A DNA stretch of 39,173 bases from Escherichia phage CY1, in sequence record OM937123.1; one strand, written 5' to 3'. The notes under the pieces are model-generated. The model made no database searches. It was not told the DNA's origin and saw only the letters and a list, made by a program, of their open reading frames with translations. Positions 28,224-36,830 of the stretch are shown here, piece after piece. How positions within the stretch are numbered: the stretch's first letter is position 1; every line of letters begins with the position of its first letter. The position numbers and the translations under genes are program-made.

Positions 28224-29792
28224 ATGGCTGAACGTGAAGGGTTCGCTGCTGAAGGAGCCAAAGCGGTCTATGACCGACTGAAGAACGGTAGACAGCCATA
28301 TGAGACACGCGCTCAGAACTGTGCTGCTGTCACTATCCCGTCACTGTTTCCTAAGGAGTCCGACAACTCGTCCACTGAATACACAACTCCGTGGCAAGCT
28401 GTGGGTGCTCGCTGCTTGAACAACTTGGCTGCAAAGCTGATGTTGGCATTATTCCCTCAGTCACCGTGGATGCGACTGACAGTCTCCGAATATGAGGCCA
28501 AGACCTTGAGTCAGGACTCAGAGGCTGCTGCTCGTGTTGACGAAGGGCTTGCTATGGTAGAGCGTGTGTTGATGGCCTACATGGAGACTAACAGTTTCCG
28601 TGTCCCATTGTTCGAAGCTCTGAAGCAGCTTATCGTCTCCGGTAACTGTCTGCTCTACATTCCAGAGCCTGAACAAGGTACTTACAGTCCTATGCGAATG
28701 TACCGCTTAGTGTCCTACGTTGTTCAACGTGATGCTTTCGGTAACATCTTACAGATTGTGACTCTCGACAAGGTAGCGTTTAGTGCTCTACCTGAAGACG
28801 TGAAGTCTCAACTCAACGCAGACGACTATGAGCCTGACACCGAGCTGGAAGTGTATACGCACATCTACCGTCAGGACGACGAGTATCTTCGCTACGAGGA
28901 AGTGGAAGGAATTGAGGTAGCAGGGACAGAGGGTTCTTACCCACTGACTGCATGTCCGTACATCCCGGTACGAATGGTTCGACTGGATGGTGAAGACTAT
29001 GGTCGTTCTTACTGCGAGGAGTATCTGGGAGACCTGAACTCGCTGGAGACGATTACAGAAGCTATCACCAAAATGGCTAAGGTAGCCTCCAAGGTGGTTG
29101 GCCTCGTTAACCCGAACGGTATCACGCAACCTCGTCGTCTGAACAAGGCGGCTACAGGTGAGTTCGTGGCGGGTCGCGTCGAGGACATCAACTTCCTGCA
29201 ACTGACGAAAGGTCAGGACTTTACGATTGCCAAGTCGGTGGCTGACGCTATCGAGCAACGTTTAGGCTGGGCCTTCCTTCTTAATAGTGCTGTTCAGCGT
29301 AATGCCGAGCGAGTCACTGCTGAAGAGATTCGTTATGTTGCTGGCGAACTGGAGGCGACCTTAGGTGGCGTGTACTCAGTACAATCCCAAGAGCTTCAGT
29401 TACCTATCGTCCGTGTGCTGATGAACCAGCTTCAGTCTGCTGGCATGATTCCTGACCTTCCGAAAGAAGCGGTTGAGCCTACGGTCTCCACAGGTCTGGA
29501 AGCGTTAGGACGTGGTCAGGACTTGGAGAAGCTAACTCAGGCAGTCAACATGATGACCGGTCTTCAGCAGCTCTCTCAGGACCCAGACATTAACTTGCCG
29601 ACCCTGAAGCTGCGACTGCTGAATGCCTTAGGCATTGATACTGCTGGTCTGCTTCTGACTCAGGACGAGAAGATGCAACGTATTGCTGAACAATCCGCTC
29701 AAGGAGCTGTGGTCAACGGTGCGTCTGCTGCTGGTGCAAACATGGGTGCTGCTGTAGGTCAGGGAGCTGGTGAGGACATGGCTCAAGCCTAA
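28224..29792 (+). CDS. gp8: Portal (head-tail connector) protein (gene 8 homologue), 522 aa
   Basis: PYETRAQNCA, IPSLFPK.SDN.ST.Y.TPWQAVGAR.LNNLA.KLMLALFP, MRLT.SEYEAK, YRLVSYVVQRDAFGN, RYEEVEG.EV.G and RVTAEEIRYVA match T7 gp8. Confidence 0.96.
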   Translation: MAEREGFAAEGAKAVYDRLKNGRQPYETRAQNCAAVTIPSLFPKESDNSSTEYTTPWQAVGARCLNNLAAKLMLALFPQSPWMRLTVSEYEAKTLSQDSEAAARVDEGLAMVERVLMAYMETNSFRVPLFEALKQLIVSGNCLLYIPEPEQGTYSPMRMYRLVSYVVQRDAFGNILQIVTLDKVAFSALPEDVKSQLNADDYEPDTELEVYTHIYRQDDEYLRYEEVEGIEVAGTEGSYPLTACPYIPVRMVRLDGEDYGRSYCEEYLGDLNSLETITEAITKMAKVASKVVGLVNPNGITQPRRLNKAATGEFVAGRVEDINFLQLTKGQDFTIAKSVADAIEQRLGWAFLLNSAVQRNAERVTAEEIRYVAGELEATLGGVYSVQSQELQLPIVRVLMNQLQSAGMIPDLPKEAVEPTVSTGLEALGRGQDLEKLTQAVNMMTGLQQLSQDPDINLPTLKLRLLNALGIDTAGLLLTQDEKMQRIAEQSAQGAVVNGASAAGANMGAAVGQGAGEDMAQA

Positions 29793-29810
29793 ACTATCAC
29801 TATAGGAACA
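29788..29810 (+). promoter_or_regulatory. Phage RNAP promoter (phi9-like), +1 near 29805
   Basis: CCTAAACTATCACTATAGGAACAA. Confidence 0.8.
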
Positions 29811-29899
29811 ACACAACTTGAGTGAGTGAACGCATGGCCAGCCGTAACTGACTGGCAGGTTGTTGTGTTTCCTATTAACTACCAAAGGAGAATGACTCA

Positions 29900-30784
29900 A
29901 TGTCTCAATCAGTTTATGCCGAGTTCGGCGTTAGCTCTAATGCAATCACTGGTTCCGTTGAGGACCTGAACGAACACCAGAAGTCTATGCTTGAACAGGA
30001 CGTAGCTGTTCGTGATGGCGACGACGCTATTACCTTCAAGCAACTGGAAGCCGAAAACGAAGTGGCGACCGAAGAAGACGAGAACGTCGAAGAGACTGAA
30101 GGTGAAGAAGACCACGAGTCCGATGACGAAGAGTATGAGACCGATGGTGAGCAGCCTGAGTTCATCGAACTGGGTGATGCACCAAAAGAGCTGACCGAAA
30201 GTGTCACCGCTCTGGATGAAAACGAAGCTGCATTCGACGACATGGTGTCTTCTGCTGTAGAAGCTGGCAAGGTCACTGCTGATGAAATTACCGCTATCAA
30301 GGCTGAATACGCCAAGGACGGTAAGCTGTCTGACGCATCCTACGCTAAGTTGCAGGAAGCAGGTTACACCAAGCGTTTCGTAGATTCGTTTGTACGTGGT
30401 CAGGAAGCTCTGGCTGAACAGTATGCTGCTGGTGTGGTTCGCTACGCTGGCGGTGCTGAACAGTTTAATCGCATCCTGTCACACCTTGAGTCCAACGACC
30501 CGTCAACTCGTGAAGCACTGGAAGCTGCTATCGTTCGTAAGGACATTGCGACTACCAAAGCTCTGCTGAATCTGGCTGGCAAGACTCTTGGTAAAGCTGT
30601 GGGTGTTAAACCTCAGCGTACCATCACCACTCAGGCTAAACCTGTTGTCGCACCTAAGGCTCCTCAGACCGAAGCATTCAGCTCTAAGGCTGACATGATT
30701 AAGGCTATGAGTGACCCGCGATACCTACGTGACGCTAAGTACACGATGGAAGTTCGCGCTAAGGTAGCTGCCTCAAGTCTGTAG
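29900..30784 (+). CDS. gp9: Capsid assembly (scaffolding) protein (gene 9 homologue), 294 aa
   Basis: Highly acidic N-terminal half, position between portal and major capsid genes, SD AAAGGAG. Confidence 0.88.
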   Translation: MSQSVYAEFGVSSNAITGSVEDLNEHQKSMLEQDVAVRDGDDAITFKQLEAENEVATEEDENVEETEGEEDHESDDEEYETDGEQPEFIELGDAPKELTESVTALDENEAAFDDMVSSAVEAGKVTADEITAIKAEYAKDGKLSDASYAKLQEAGYTKRFVDSFVRGQEALAEQYAAGVVRYAGGAEQFNRILSHLESNDPSTREALEAAIVRKDIATTKALLNLAGKTLGKAVGVKPQRTITTQAKPVVAPKAPQTEAFSSKADMIKAMSDPRYLRDAKYTMEVRAKVAASSL

Positions 30785-30785
30785 G

Positions 30786-30808
30786 ACTAAACTATCACTA
30801 TAGGGAGA
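30786..30808 (+). promoter_or_regulatory. Phage RNAP promoter (phi10-like, TATAGGGAGA), +1 near 30803
   Basis: GACTAAACTATCACTATAGGGAGACC is the copy closest to the strong T7 class III initiation region. Confidence 0.85.
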
Positions 30809-30910
30809 CCAAGAGAAAGACTCAAGGCTTCCCTATTACTTCAGTCCATACGGATTGGGCATACAGTAAGTAATAAACTTTATCTTTCAATTGAATAGGA
30901 GAATTATCAT

Positions 30911-31954
30911 ATGGCAAACGTTCCGGGTCAGAAAATTGGTACAGACCAAGGTAAAGGCAAGTCCAGTTCAGACGCTCTAGCGTTGTTCCTGAAGGTATTT
31001 GCTGGTGAAGTCCTGACCGCATTCACTCGCCGCTCTGTAACTGCTGACAAGCATATTGTCCGTACCATTCAGAACGGTAAGTCTGCTCAGTTCCCGGTCA
31101 TGGGTCGCACCTCTGGTGTGTATCTGGCTCCGGGTGAGCGACTGTCCGATAAGCGTAAGGGTATTAAACATACCGAGAAAGTGATTACCATTGATGGTCT
31201 GCTGACTGCCGATGTGATGATTTTCGACATTGAAGACGCGATGAACCACTATGACGTGGCTGGCGAGTATTCCAACCAGTTGGGTGAAGCCCTGGCTATC
31301 GCTGCTGATGGTGCGGTGCTGGCTGAAATGGCGATCCTGTGTAACCTCCCAGCTGCATCCAACGAGAACATCGCTGGTCTGGGTACTGCGTCCGTACTGG
31401 AAGTTGGTAAGAAAGCTGACCTCGACACCCCGGCTAAACTGGGCGAAGCAATCATCGGTCAACTGACCATTGCTCGTGCGAAGCTGACCTCCAACTACGT
31501 TCCTGCTGGCGACCGTTACTTCTACACAACGCCGGACAACTACTCTGCAATCCTCGCGGCTCTGATGCCTAACGCTGCTAACTATGCTGCACTGATTGAT
31601 CCAGAGACTGGTAACATCCGTAACGTGATGGGCTTCGTTGTTGTTGAAGTTCCGCATCTGGTACAGGGTGGCGCTGGTGAGACTCGTGGTGCCGATGGTA
31701 TCTCTATCGCTTCTGGTCAGAAACACGCATTCCCGGCGACTGTTTCTGGAGACGTTAAAGTTGCTATGGACAACGTTGTTGGCCTGTTCTCTCACCGTTC
31801 TGCTGTGGGCACTGTGAAGCTGCGTGACTTGGCGCTGGAACGTGACCGTGACGTCGATGCTCAGGGTGACCTGATTGTTGGTAAGTACGCTATGGGTCAC
31901 GGTGGTCTGCGTCCTGAAGCGGCTGGCGCACTGGTTTTCAGCCCAGCGATGTAA
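30911..31954 (+). CDS. gp10A: Major capsid protein 10A, 347 aa
   Basis: GKSAQFPV.GRT, YLAPGE.L.DKRK.IKHTEKVITIDGLLTADV, EDAMNHYDV, YSAILAALMPNAANYAALIDPE, NVMGF.VVEVPHL, HRSAVGTVKLRDLALER and AMGHGGLRPEAAGA match T7 gp10A. Confidence 0.97.
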   Translation: MANVPGQKIGTDQGKGKSSSDALALFLKVFAGEVLTAFTRRSVTADKHIVRTIQNGKSAQFPVMGRTSGVYLAPGERLSDKRKGIKHTEKVITIDGLLTADVMIFDIEDAMNHYDVAGEYSNQLGEALAIAADGAVLAEMAILCNLPAASNENIAGLGTASVLEVGKKADLDTPAKLGEAIIGQLTIARAKLTSNYVPAGDRYFYTTPDNYSAILAALMPNAANYAALIDPETGNIRNVMGFVVVEVPHLVQGGAGETRGADGISIASGQKHAFPATVSGDVKVAMDNVVGLFSHRSAVGTVKLRDLALERDRDVDAQGDLIVGKYAMGHGGLRPEAAGALVFSPAM

Positions 31955-32085
31955 GCACATTTAGCCAACCTAACGTCGCTAAAGTAGCGGCTGCACCTGA
32001 AGAGGAGACTCTAACTCCTCAACAGAAAGCTGCGCGTACTCGTGCTGCGAACAGGGCCGCTAAACTGGCTGAGTCCAACAACTAA
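31933..32085 (+). CDS. gp10B: Putative -1 frameshift extension yielding minor capsid protein 10B (about 50 extra residues)
   Basis: Candidate slip site G GTT TTC at 31933-31939, four codons before the 10A stop. The -1 frame then stays open for about 50 codons to TAA at 32083-32085. Confidence 0.6.
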   Translation, partial: GFQPSDVSTFSQPNVAKVAAAPEEETLTPQQKAARTRAANRAAKLAESNN

Positions 32086-32091
32086 TTGAAA

Positions 32092-32128
32092 CCCCTTGGG
32101 TGCCTTCGGGTGCTTGAGGGGTTTTTTT
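32092..32128 (+). terminator. Rho-independent terminator (T7 Tphi-like) after the capsid gene
   Basis: CCCCTTGGGTGCCTTCGGGTGCTTGAGGGG stem followed by TTTTTTTGCT; compare T7 Tphi AACCCCTTGGGG...GAGGGGTTTTTTG. Confidence 0.8.
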
Positions 32129-32149
32129 GCTTAAAGTGAGAGGAGACTT

Positions 32150-32716
32150 ATGGCTCAATACATTCCACTGAATGCTAACGATGACTTAGATGCCATCAAC
32201 GATATGTTAGCTGCTATCGGTGAACCAGCAGTCCTACAGCTTGACGATGGGAACGCTGACGTCTCGAACGCTCAACGTATCCTGCATCGTGTCAATCGTC
32301 AGGTCCAAGCTAAAGGCTGGAACTTTAACATCAACGAATCTGCTGTACTGACACCTGATGTCCAAGACAACAGGATTAGATTCCTGCCGTCATACCTTCG
32401 TGTAATGACTGCCGGGGCCACCAGCTACTACAGCAACATGGGTGGATACCTGTACGACCTATCCACTCAGTCAACCACTTTCACCGACCCTATCACGGTA
32501 GAGCTTGTGGAGATGAAGCCATTCTCCGAGATGCCTGTGGTCTTCAGGGACTACATCGTCACTAAAGCTAGCCGTGAGTTCAACGCTAAGTTCTTCGGTA
32601 GCCAAGAGTCAGAGCTATACCTTCGTGAGCAGGAAGCAGAACTCTATCAGCAGGTTATGGAGTACGAGATGGACACTGGTCGCTACAACATGATGTCTGA
32701 CATCGGGAGGGACTAA
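32150..32716 (+). CDS. gp11: Tail tubular protein A (gene 11 homologue), 188 aa
   Basis: AIGEP.V..L....ADV.NA.RIL..VNRQ.Q..GW.FN, MGGY.YD.....T, YIVTKASR.FN..FFG and MEYEMD.G.YNM match T7 gp11. Confidence 0.93.
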   Translation: MAQYIPLNANDDLDAINDMLAAIGEPAVLQLDDGNADVSNAQRILHRVNRQVQAKGWNFNINESAVLTPDVQDNRIRFLPSYLRVMTAGATSYYSNMGGYLYDLSTQSTTFTDPITVELVEMKPFSEMPVVFRDYIVTKASREFNAKFFGSQESELYLREQEAELYQQVMEYEMDTGRYNMMSDIGRD

Positions 32717-32943
32717 TGGCTAGTCACAGCCTGAAGATTCACCGCCAGCACTTTGGTCCGGTACAGCTAGGTCTAAAGACAGCAGAGCTGAGACTTAACG
32801 ACCGGGACTTTAAGGTTGGCGATTGGCTTATCCTGAATGAGTGGGACAACGGGTATACTGGACAACAGGTAGCGCGTAAGGTTGTCCACATTGCTGACGT
32901 TGGTGACATCGCTGAAGGATACGTCCTAATGAGTATGATTTAA
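32716..32943 (+). CDS. Small ASCH/DUF3850-like protein, 75 aa, inserted between tail tubular genes A and B
   Basis: Pattern H.LKI....F..V..G.KT.E.R.NDRDF.VGD.L.L.EW....YTG as I recall it for DUF3850 (ASCH fold). Start overlaps the gp11 stop (TAATG); no counterpart at this site in T7. Confidence 0.6.
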   Translation: MASHSLKIHRQHFGPVQLGLKTAELRLNDRDFKVGDWLILNEWDNGYTGQQVARKVVHIADVGDIAEGYVLMSMI

Positions 32944-32952
32944 GGAGGGCCT

Positions 32953-35310
32953 ATGCCACTAATTACTCAATCAATCAAGAACCTTAAAGGTGGCATTAGC
33001 CAACAGCCTGATATACTGAGGTTCTCAGACCAAGGCGAGGCACAGGTTAACTGCTGGTCATCCGAGAGTGATGGCCTCCAGAAGCGCCCACCTACAGTCT
33101 TCAAGCGACGTCTTAACATCGACGTTGGGAGCAACCCTAAGGTCCACCTGATTAACCGTGACGAGCATGAGCAGTATTACATCGTGTTCAACGGGTCCAA
33201 CATTCAGGTAGTTGACTTGAGTGGCAATCAATACTCAGTGTCAGGTGCGGTAGACTACGTTAACTCCTCCAACCCACGAGATGACATCCGTGTCGTTACC
33301 GTGGCAGACTATACGTTCGTCGTTAACCGTAAGGTTGTCGTCAAAGGTGGAAGCGAGAAGTCACACTATGGTTATAACCGCAAAGCACGAGCTTTAATTA
33401 ACCTGCGTGGGGGACAGTATGGTCGCACCCTTAAGGTAGGGATCAATGGAGGCGTTAAGGTTTCGCATAAGTTGCCAGCAGGTAATGATGCCGAGAATGA
33501 CCCTCCTAAGGTTGATGCTCAGGCTATCGGTGCAGCTCTGAGAGACCTTCTTGTTGCTGCTTACCCTACCTTCACGTTCGACCTTGGGTCTGGCTTCCTG
33601 TTAATCACTGCCCCTTCAGGGACTGACATTAACTCAGTGGAGACGGAGGATGGCTACGCTAACCAGTTAATCAGCCCAGTCCTCGACACGGTGCAAACAA
33701 TCTCTAAGTTGCCTCTTGCGGCTCCAAATGGGTACATCATTAAGATTCAAGGTGAGACCAACAGTAGCGCCGATGAATATTACGTGATGTATGACTCCAA
33801 CACTAAGACGTGGAAGGAGACAGTGGAGCCGGGAGTTGTCACTGGGTTCGATAACACCACAATGCCACACGCTCTGGTACGACAATCTGATGGCTCCTTT
33901 GAGTTCAAGACTCTGGACTGGTCTAAGCGTGGTGCTGGTAATGATGACACAAACCCTATGCCTAGCTTCGTGGATGCTACGATTAACGATGTGTTCTTCT
34001 ACAGGAACAGGCTAGGGTTCTTGTCAGGAGAGAACGTAATCATGAGCCGTTCAGCCAGCTACTTTGCGTTCTTCCCTAAGAGTGTGGCGACACTGAGTGA
34101 CGATGACCCTATTGACGTAGCTGTAAGTCACCCTCGAATCTCAATCCTTAAGTATGCCGTTCCGTTTAGCGAGCAGCTACTACTTTGGTCGGATGAGGTT
34201 CAGTTCGTGATGACAAGCTCTGGGGTCCTTACCTCGAAGTCTATCCAGCTTGATGTAGGCTCAGAGTTTGCCCTAGGTGACAATGCCAGACCGTTCGCTG
34301 TAGGACGCTCAGTCTTCTTCTCAGCGCCTCGTGGGTCCTTCACCAGCATTAAGCGATACTTCGCTGTGGCAGATGTGTCTGACGTGAAGGATGCCGATGA
34401 TACCACTGGACACGTACTGTCCTATATCCCTAACGGGGTGTTTGACATTCAAGGTACAGGTACTGAGAACTACATCTGCGTCAACTCTACAGGTGCATAC
34501 AACCGAATCTACATCTACAAGTTCTTGTTTAAGGACGGCATACAGCTTCAAGCCTCTTGGTCACACTGGGAGTTCCCTAAAGATGATAAGATTCTGGCGT
34601 CTGCTTCTATTGGCTCTACCATGTTCATCGTTCGTCAGCACCAAGGCGGAGTGGACCTTGAGCACCTTAAGTTCATCAAGGAGGCAACTGACTTCCCGTC
34701 AGAGCCATATAGACTACACATTGACTCCAAGGTGTCTATGGTAATACCAATTGGCTCATACGACGCTGACACCTATAAGACTACGGTTGACATTGGTTCT
34801 GCTTATGGTGGAAACGCTCCGTCTCCCGGTCGGTACTATCTGATTGACAGTCAGGGTGCTTATGTTGACCTTGGGAACTTGAACAGTATCTCTACTGTGG
34901 CTATACTAAATGGCGATTGGTCAGGACGCACAGTGTTCATCGGACGGTCTTATCTGATGTCCTACAAGTTTTCACGGTTCCTGATCAAGATTGAAGACGA
35001 GAGTGGCACTCAGTCTGAAGACACTGGACGCCTACAACTTCGTCGGGCTTGGGTCAACTACAAGGACACTGGTGCTCTGAGACTCATTGTCAGAAACGGT
35101 GAGCGGGAGTTCGTGAACACCTTTAATGGGTACACCCTTGGTCAGCAAACCATCGGTACTACAAACATTGGTGACGGGCAGTATCGCTTCGCTATGAATG
35201 GTAACGCATTAACCACGAGTCTAACCTTAGAGTCCGACTATCCTACCCCAGTGTCCATCATTGGGTGTGGCTGGGAGGCGTCATACGCTAAGAAAGCTCG
35301 TTCAGTCTAA
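32953..35310 (+). CDS. gp12: Tail tubular protein B (gene 12 homologue), 785 aa
   Basis: Size and synteny; N-terminal MPLITQSIKNLKGGISQQPDILRFSDQGE is typical of T7-like gp12; SD TAAGGAGGG. Confidence 0.93.
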   Translation: MPLITQSIKNLKGGISQQPDILRFSDQGEAQVNCWSSESDGLQKRPPTVFKRRLNIDVGSNPKVHLINRDEHEQYYIVFNGSNIQVVDLSGNQYSVSGAVDYVNSSNPRDDIRVVTVADYTFVVNRKVVVKGGSEKSHYGYNRKARALINLRGGQYGRTLKVGINGGVKVSHKLPAGNDAENDPPKVDAQAIGAALRDLLVAAYPTFTFDLGSGFLLITAPSGTDINSVETEDGYANQLISPVLDTVQTISKLPLAAPNGYIIKIQGETNSSADEYYVMYDSNTKTWKETVEPGVVTGFDNTTMPHALVRQSDGSFEFKTLDWSKRGAGNDDTNPMPSFVDATINDVFFYRNRLGFLSGENVIMSRSASYFAFFPKSVATLSDDDPIDVAVSHPRISILKYAVPFSEQLLLWSDEVQFVMTSSGVLTSKSIQLDVGSEFALGDNARPFAVGRSVFFSAPRGSFTSIKRYFAVADVSDVKDADDTTGHVLSYIPNGVFDIQGTGTENYICVNSTGAYNRIYIYKFLFKDGIQLQASWSHWEFPKDDKILASASIGSTMFIVRQHQGGVDLEHLKFIKEATDFPSEPYRLHIDSKVSMVIPIGSYDADTYKTTVDIGSAYGGNAPSPGRYYLIDSQGAYVDLGNLNSISTVAILNGDWSGRTVFIGRSYLMSYKFSRFLIKIEDESGTQSEDTGRLQLRRAWVNYKDTGALRLIVRNGEREFVNTFNGYTLGQQTIGTTNIGDGQYRFAMNGNALTTSLTLESDYPTPVSIIGCGWEASYAKKARSV

Positions 35311-35334
35311 CTTATTGAAGGGCCTATAGATTTA

Positions 35335-35357
35335 CCTTAACTATCACTATAGGGACT
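35335..35357 (+). promoter_or_regulatory. Phage RNAP promoter (phi13-like), +1 near 35352, embedded in a 10-bp perfect inverted repeat
   Basis: CCTTAACTATCACTATAGGGACT, flanked by GGGCCTATAG (35320-35329) and CTATAGGCCC (35356-35365). Confidence 0.8.
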
Positions 35358-35386
35358 ATAGGCCCTTAAGGTTATAAGGAGACTTT

Positions 35387-35845
35387 ATGTATATTCGCAA
35401 GGCTACGGAACCAGATGTCCACTACTTTCTGTGGCATCTTTCAGCAGATGATGTTAATGAGTGCAAAGCAAACTATGGGTCAACCGTTGGCCTCTCTGAA
35501 AGACTGCTTAAGCACCTATCTCAGTCATCTGTGGTTTTAACGAACGGTGTAGGCGAAGTGTTTGCCTATGGTGGAAACCAAGGTGATAACGTATGGTTCT
35601 TGACTTCCGGTCTGGTCTATAAGCTGAGACCTAAAGAGAAGCGAGAGTTCATAAAGCGTATCTCTGAGTACAGGGACTTAATGTTAGACCAATACGGGAC
35701 CATCTGGAACTACGTGTGGTCAGGCAATAAGTCTCACATTAAATTCTTGAAGTTGCTTGGCGCTAAATTCCATGATGATTGGACTATCAGCCCAGTAACT
35801 GGTGAGCGTTTTCAATTATTCACTATCTCTAAGGAGGAAACGTGA
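35387..35845 (+). CDS. gp13: Internal virion protein A (gene 13 homologue), 152 aa
   Basis: Synteny before gp14; C-terminal half (YKLRPKEKREF, WNYVWSGNKSHIKFLKLLGAKFHDDW, GERFQLFTI) resembles T7 gp13 as I recall it. Confidence 0.8.
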   Translation: MYIRKATEPDVHYFLWHLSADDVNECKANYGSTVGLSERLLKHLSQSSVVLTNGVGEVFAYGGNQGDNVWFLTSGLVYKLRPKEKREFIKRISEYRDLMLDQYGTIWNYVWSGNKSHIKFLKLLGAKFHDDWTISPVTGERFQLFTISKEET

Positions 35846-36228
35846 CTAAGATTTGTACCGTCTGTAAAATTGAAAAGCCACTCGAAGCGTTCTCTCCGAG
35901 GAAAGATTCTAAGTGTGGTGTACGCTCTGCCTGTAAGTTGTGTCATAATGGCCGGAGCCATAAGAACAAGGGATACGAGAAGTATCACATTACGCAGATA
36001 GAATATGATTACATCCTAAAAGAGCAGGGTGGAGTCTGTGCAATCTGCAAGACAACAGGAACTAGCCGTGGACTATGCGTCGACCATTGTCACGACTCTG
36101 GTACGGTTCGTGGTATCCTGTGTCACACCTGCAACCTAAAGCTGACCCGTAGAAACTATCCATCTAAATGTGAAGACTTCGAAGGTAAGGCTGCTGAGTA
36201 TCTGGCTATAGGCCGGAAGGGGGATTAG
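35842..36228 (+). CDS. HNH endonuclease (Endo VII-like, probable homing endonuclease), 128 aa, GTG start
   Basis: HNH signature CVDHCHDSGTVRGILCHTCN plus CxxC zinc-ligand pairs (CTVC, CAIC, CHTC); SD AAGGAGG; start overlaps the gp13 stop. T7 has no gene between 13 and 14. Confidence 0.85.
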   Translation: MTKICTVCKIEKPLEAFSPRKDSKCGVRSACKLCHNGRSHKNKGYEKYHITQIEYDYILKEQGGVCAICKTTGTSRGLCVDHCHDSGTVRGILCHTCNLKLTRRNYPSKCEDFEGKAAEYLAIGRKGD

Positions 36229-36264
36229 GAAATTTGCGAACCAGTATCTATCGGTTTAGGAATA

Positions 36265-36819
36265 ATGTCTGTAGCTGGTGCCACTATGTCCGCATCCCAA
36301 CAGGCCAAGGCTGAAGGAGCAGCAATTGACGCTCAGAACCGACAGGCTCAGGAAATGGTTAAGCAGATGAACTACTCTGACGCCAACCTGAAGATGCAAG
36401 AGCGCGACCTGAAGGAGCAGCAGATGGCTGAACTGACAGAGACCACGCTCAACGGTATCCGCAATCAGGGTATGGTCCGAGCTGCGGTGGCTGAGTCCGG
36501 TCTGGAAGGTAACTCTATGGATAGGATTGAACGTCAGGTCGCAGGAGATACAGTCAAGGAGCGAGCAGGGATTACCGAAAGTTACAACCGCGACTATGCG
36601 GCTATCTTCGGGAACCGTATCGCCAACATTGAGAACACAAAGTCTGCTATCCGTGGTCAAGGTAAGATCATCAAGACCAGCCCACTAGCTCATGCACTTA
36701 ATGTTGCTAACGCCGGGATTCAAGGTTACGCCGCTGGTAAGTCAATGTCTGGGACTTCAGGCTCTGGTGGTGCTGCACCAATTAGTGCTGCTAAAGGCAC
36801 ACCTACAGGTCATAGCTAA
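36265..36819 (+). CDS. gp14: Internal virion protein B (gene 14 homologue), 184 aa
   Basis: GMVRAAVAESGLEGNSMDRIERQ and YNRDYAAIFG resemble T7 gp14 (GSIRAAIGESMLEGSSMDRIKR, YRRDYQAIFA); synteny. Confidence 0.88.
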   Translation: MSVAGATMSASQQAKAEGAAIDAQNRQAQEMVKQMNYSDANLKMQERDLKEQQMAELTETTLNGIRNQGMVRAAVAESGLEGNSMDRIERQVAGDTVKERAGITESYNRDYAAIFGNRIANIENTKSAIRGQGKIIKTSPLAHALNVANAGIQGYAAGKSMSGTSGSGGAAPISAAKGTPTGHS

Positions 36820-36830
36820 GAGGAGGACTA

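Noticed and set aside
30977-31960. 327-aa ORF on the minus strand
   Set aside because: It lies entirely antisense to the major capsid gene, which has unambiguous homology, SD and promoter. T7-like genomes are transcribed from one strand, so this is an antisense open frame without start context.
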